Virus record (IMG/VR): IMGVR_UViG_3300033069_001603
Coordinates: 1,003 to 65,002 of that record
DNA: 64,000 nt
Source: a virus
Lineage: Duplodnaviria; Caudoviricetes
Strand: one strand, 5' to 3'
The translations under genes and the position numbers were made by a program. The notes under the pieces were generated by a model. It made no database searches and had not been told where the DNA came from. It saw only the letters and a list, made by a program, of their open reading frames with translations. Positions 63,715 to 64,000 of this stretch are shown here, one piece after another; position 1 is the stretch's first letter; each line of letters begins with the position of its first letter.

Positions 63715-64000
63715 GAATTTTGTGACCTTCAATAGTAATATTGATTGAATAACCGGATTAATTTAGTGAAACCTCTGTTACATTTGTAACGTGGCAATAC
63801 TAAGCCAAGCCTATTATGCGTAATAGGAAGGTTCAGAGACTAGGTGGTTTGGCACGAACATGCCATATAATACACCGTTAACGTCCGGCGCGGATGCTTG
63901 GCGAGAGGATGGCTAGTTGCCGTATAACCGTAGCTGTAAACGGTTGCGAAGCAATCCGACGAACGAAGTGAGTGTATTTAACAGCGTTGTTATACGCTAA
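63715..64000 (+). ncRNA. Group I intron in tRNA(CAT), truncated by window end
   Basis: P1 TCAT/GTGA with U.G, P2 GTAA loop, P3 CCGGAT/GTCCGG, AATACTAAGCCAAG, GTTCAGAGACTA. Confidence 0.85.

Noticed and set aside
936-63732. Numerous antisense or nested ORFs in the track (e.g. 936-1154, 20122-20445, 27135-27389, 34686-35785, 42155-42613, 43348-44433, 63294-63732)
   Set aside because: They are shadows of well-supported genes on the other strand or frame, with no SD, motif or coupling

Overview
AT-rich segment of a large (probably jumbo) tailed-phage genome, standard genetic code, with host-type sigma70 promoters (TTGACA-16/17-TAnnnT) and a likely T4-like late promoter (GATAAATA). tRNA sequences resembling leuZ/ileX hint at a proteobacterial host (inference). 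Recognisable genes: partial metallophosphoesterase, QueD-like T-fold protein plus glycosyltransferase, two tnpA-less IS200/IS605 TnpB elements, T5orf172 nuclease, two AAA ATPases, an SGNH-domain protein, a decaying virion-accessory module, nucleotidyltransferase, CobB/Sir2, YqeY, Pth2, DEDDh exonuclease, HD alarmone hydrolase, small TOPRIM protein, rIIA and an ATP-dependent DNA ligase. There are five tRNA loci: Ser(GCT) is canonical, Arg(TCT) lacks a D-arm, Pro(TGG) has an unpaired acceptor stem, and Leu(TAA) and Ile2(CAT) carry group I introns. The dominant unexplained feature is about 90 small proteins (counted by eye) sharing a portable M-x-LKLK-(Y/H)-(P/G) or LKLKG motif. About 55 of them form a 16.6 kb tandem array (46.3-63.0 kb) in which a conserved ~40-nt 5' block supplies start codon, motif and the stop codon of the upstream gene. 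A sharp C-rich to G-rich skew switch at ~57.5 kb inside this array marks a probable replication origin or genome end. All family assignments are from motif recognition by eye; no database searches were run.
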